A DNA stretch of 64,000 nucleotides from an uncultured Bacteroidales bacterium (GTDB taxonomy: Bacteria; Bacteroidota; Bacteroidia; Bacteroidales; VadinHA17), in contig CAWFRW010000009.1 of NCBI GenBank assembly GCA_963818295.1, forward strand, positions 98,342-162,341. The letters run 5' to 3'. A model generated the notes under the pieces. It saw only the letters and a program-made list of their open reading frames with translations, was not told where the DNA came from and searched no databases. Positions 63,062 through 64,000 of this stretch are shown piece after piece; the stretch's first letter is position 1; every line of letters begins with the position of its first letter. Both the position numbers and the translations under genes were made by a program.

Positions 63062-63829
63062 TTACAGCTTAAGTAAAATTCCTACCGGACAATGATCAGA
63101 TCCGGTTATCTCCTCATGAATAAAAGCATTTTGAACTGATGGCAGAAAAGACTCGCTTACAAGAAAATAGTCTATTCTCCATCCTATGTTCTTTGATCTT
63201 GCACCGGCCCGGTAACTCCACCAGGAGTATCTGTCAGTTTCGCCGGGATGCAAACTGCGAAATGTATCTGCCAGGCCGCCTGCTGTGAACCTGTCCATGC
63301 CATCGATCTCCTCCTGCATATAACCGGCTGTTTTATTGTAGTTGGCTTTTGGTCGTGCCAGATCAATTGCTTTATGAGCAACATTAAAGTCACCGCAAAC
63401 AATTACAGGCTTTATTCGTTCAAGATCTTTCAGATAGTCAAAAAAAGCATTATCCCATTCCTGTCTGTATATCAATCTCTTGAGTTCGCTACCTGAATTC
63501 GGCACATATACATTCACAAGATAAAAGGCTTCCAGCTCAAGGCACAATACCCTGCCTTCAGTATCATGCTGCTGTATATTAATTCCTGTTGTCACATTCA
63601 GAGGCTTTATTCTTGAGATAACAACTGTTCCTGAATAGCCTGGTCTTTCCGCAGGATTTGAATAGATATGATAGCCTGTCAGGGGTTCAAGGGTTTCAGC
63701 AATCTGATGGCTCAGGGCTTTGGTTTCCTGCAGGCACAGGATATCAGGCCCCAGAAGCTCAAGGTCAGTAAAAAAGGTTTTTTTTGCAATGGCGCGGATT
63801 CCATTTACATTCCATGATACAATTTTCAT
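63062..63829 (-). CDS. xth: Exodeoxyribonuclease III
   Basis: MKIVSWNVNGIRA, ILCLQETK, VCGDFNVAH, RIDYFLVS, GSDHCPV. The start is at the ATG at 63829; the ORF-track extension to 63979 has no ExoIII similarity. Confidence 0.92.
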   Translation of the reverse strand: MKIVSWNVNGIRAIAKKTFFTDLELLGPDILCLQETKALSHQIAETLEPLTGYHIYSNPAERPGYSGTVVISRIKPLNVTTGINIQQHDTEGRVLCLELEAFYLVNVYVPNSGSELKRLIYRQEWDNAFFDYLKDLERIKPVIVCGDFNVAHKAIDLARPKANYNKTAGYMQEEIDGMDRFTAGGLADTFRSLHPGETDRYSWWSYRAGARSKNIGWRIDYFLVSESFLPSVQNAFIHEEITGSDHCPVGILLKL

Positions 63830-64000
63830 AGCTTCAATCTTGATAGGCTGTAAAAATAATCCAAAATCCGATCTGCTGGGCATCAAATCCAAACCTGTAA
63901 GCCGTAAATCATAAGACCGAACCAAAACCAACAAGGTGGCTTTTATAATAACCTGCTGTAAGCGAATCAATTGAAACACTTCTGCCTCTGCCCGGGGAAT

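Noticed and set aside
1-64000. Alternative genetic code or stop-codon reassignment as an explanation for the many short ORFs
   Set aside because: At every junction I resolved (pheS, rpiB, nfo, redoxin, nadA, hemW, TonB receptor, TPR signal peptide) the downstream protein continues in a different frame, not after an in-frame stop. The only in-frame stop seen is the TAA at 2533-35.
63830-64000. Upstream extension of xth, or a separate partial gene at the window edge
   Set aside because: The in-frame extension has no ExoIII similarity. Another frame gives OMP-like text (..AGYYKSHLVGFGSVL, ..YRFGFDAQQIGFWIIF), but it is broken and too short to support a call.
1-64000. tRNA, rRNA, tmRNA, RNase P, SRP RNA and known riboswitch cores; transposase, integrase or phage genes
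   Set aside because: I scanned by eye for T-loop (GGTTCGAAT-like) contexts, for conserved cores (RNase P GAGGAAAGTCC, B12 box, TPP/SAM cores) and for mobile-element proteins in the ORF track. I found none outside coding sequence. A covariance-model scan could still find something I missed.

Overview
This is a chromosomal window from a low-GC, Bacteroidota-like genome. The evidence is TonB-dependent receptors with carboxypeptidase-regulatory-like N-termini, many Cys-lipobox lipoproteins, TAnnTTTG -7 boxes and a high density of glycoside hydrolases. I count about 57 protein genes. I recognised no tRNA, rRNA, CRISPR array, transposase, integrase or phage gene. Housekeeping content: pheS, ruvB, nadA, rpiB, hemW, a PurF-like gene, nfo, pdxH, xth, mntH. 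There is a dispersed amino-sugar/glycan degradation set: four GH20 hexosaminidases, GH97, a GH88/105-like gene, DUF1080, a TAT-exported esterase-like protein, and three TonB-dependent receptors with no SusD partner. There is also a BcrAB-like ABC exporter and several exported hypothetical proteins. Two things stand out. (1) About half of the genes, including essential ones, are interrupted by single-base frame changes. The breaks are confined to 1-30.3 kb, 41.2-46.0 kb and 61.8-63.0 kb; 30.4-41.1 kb and 46.0-61.7 kb are clean. Uneven assembly or consensus quality is the most economical explanation, but only reads can decide. (2) A family of arrays of 7-8 nt motifs spaced one helical turn apart sits immediately after gene stops. 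The clearest is a 4+4 dyad of CTCTGTG/CACAGAG at 37813-37908. I did not find a convincing novel multi-gene system (defence, secretion, biosynthesis). The best candidates are listed as findings with modest interest. All family names come from reading the translations from memory; no database search was run.
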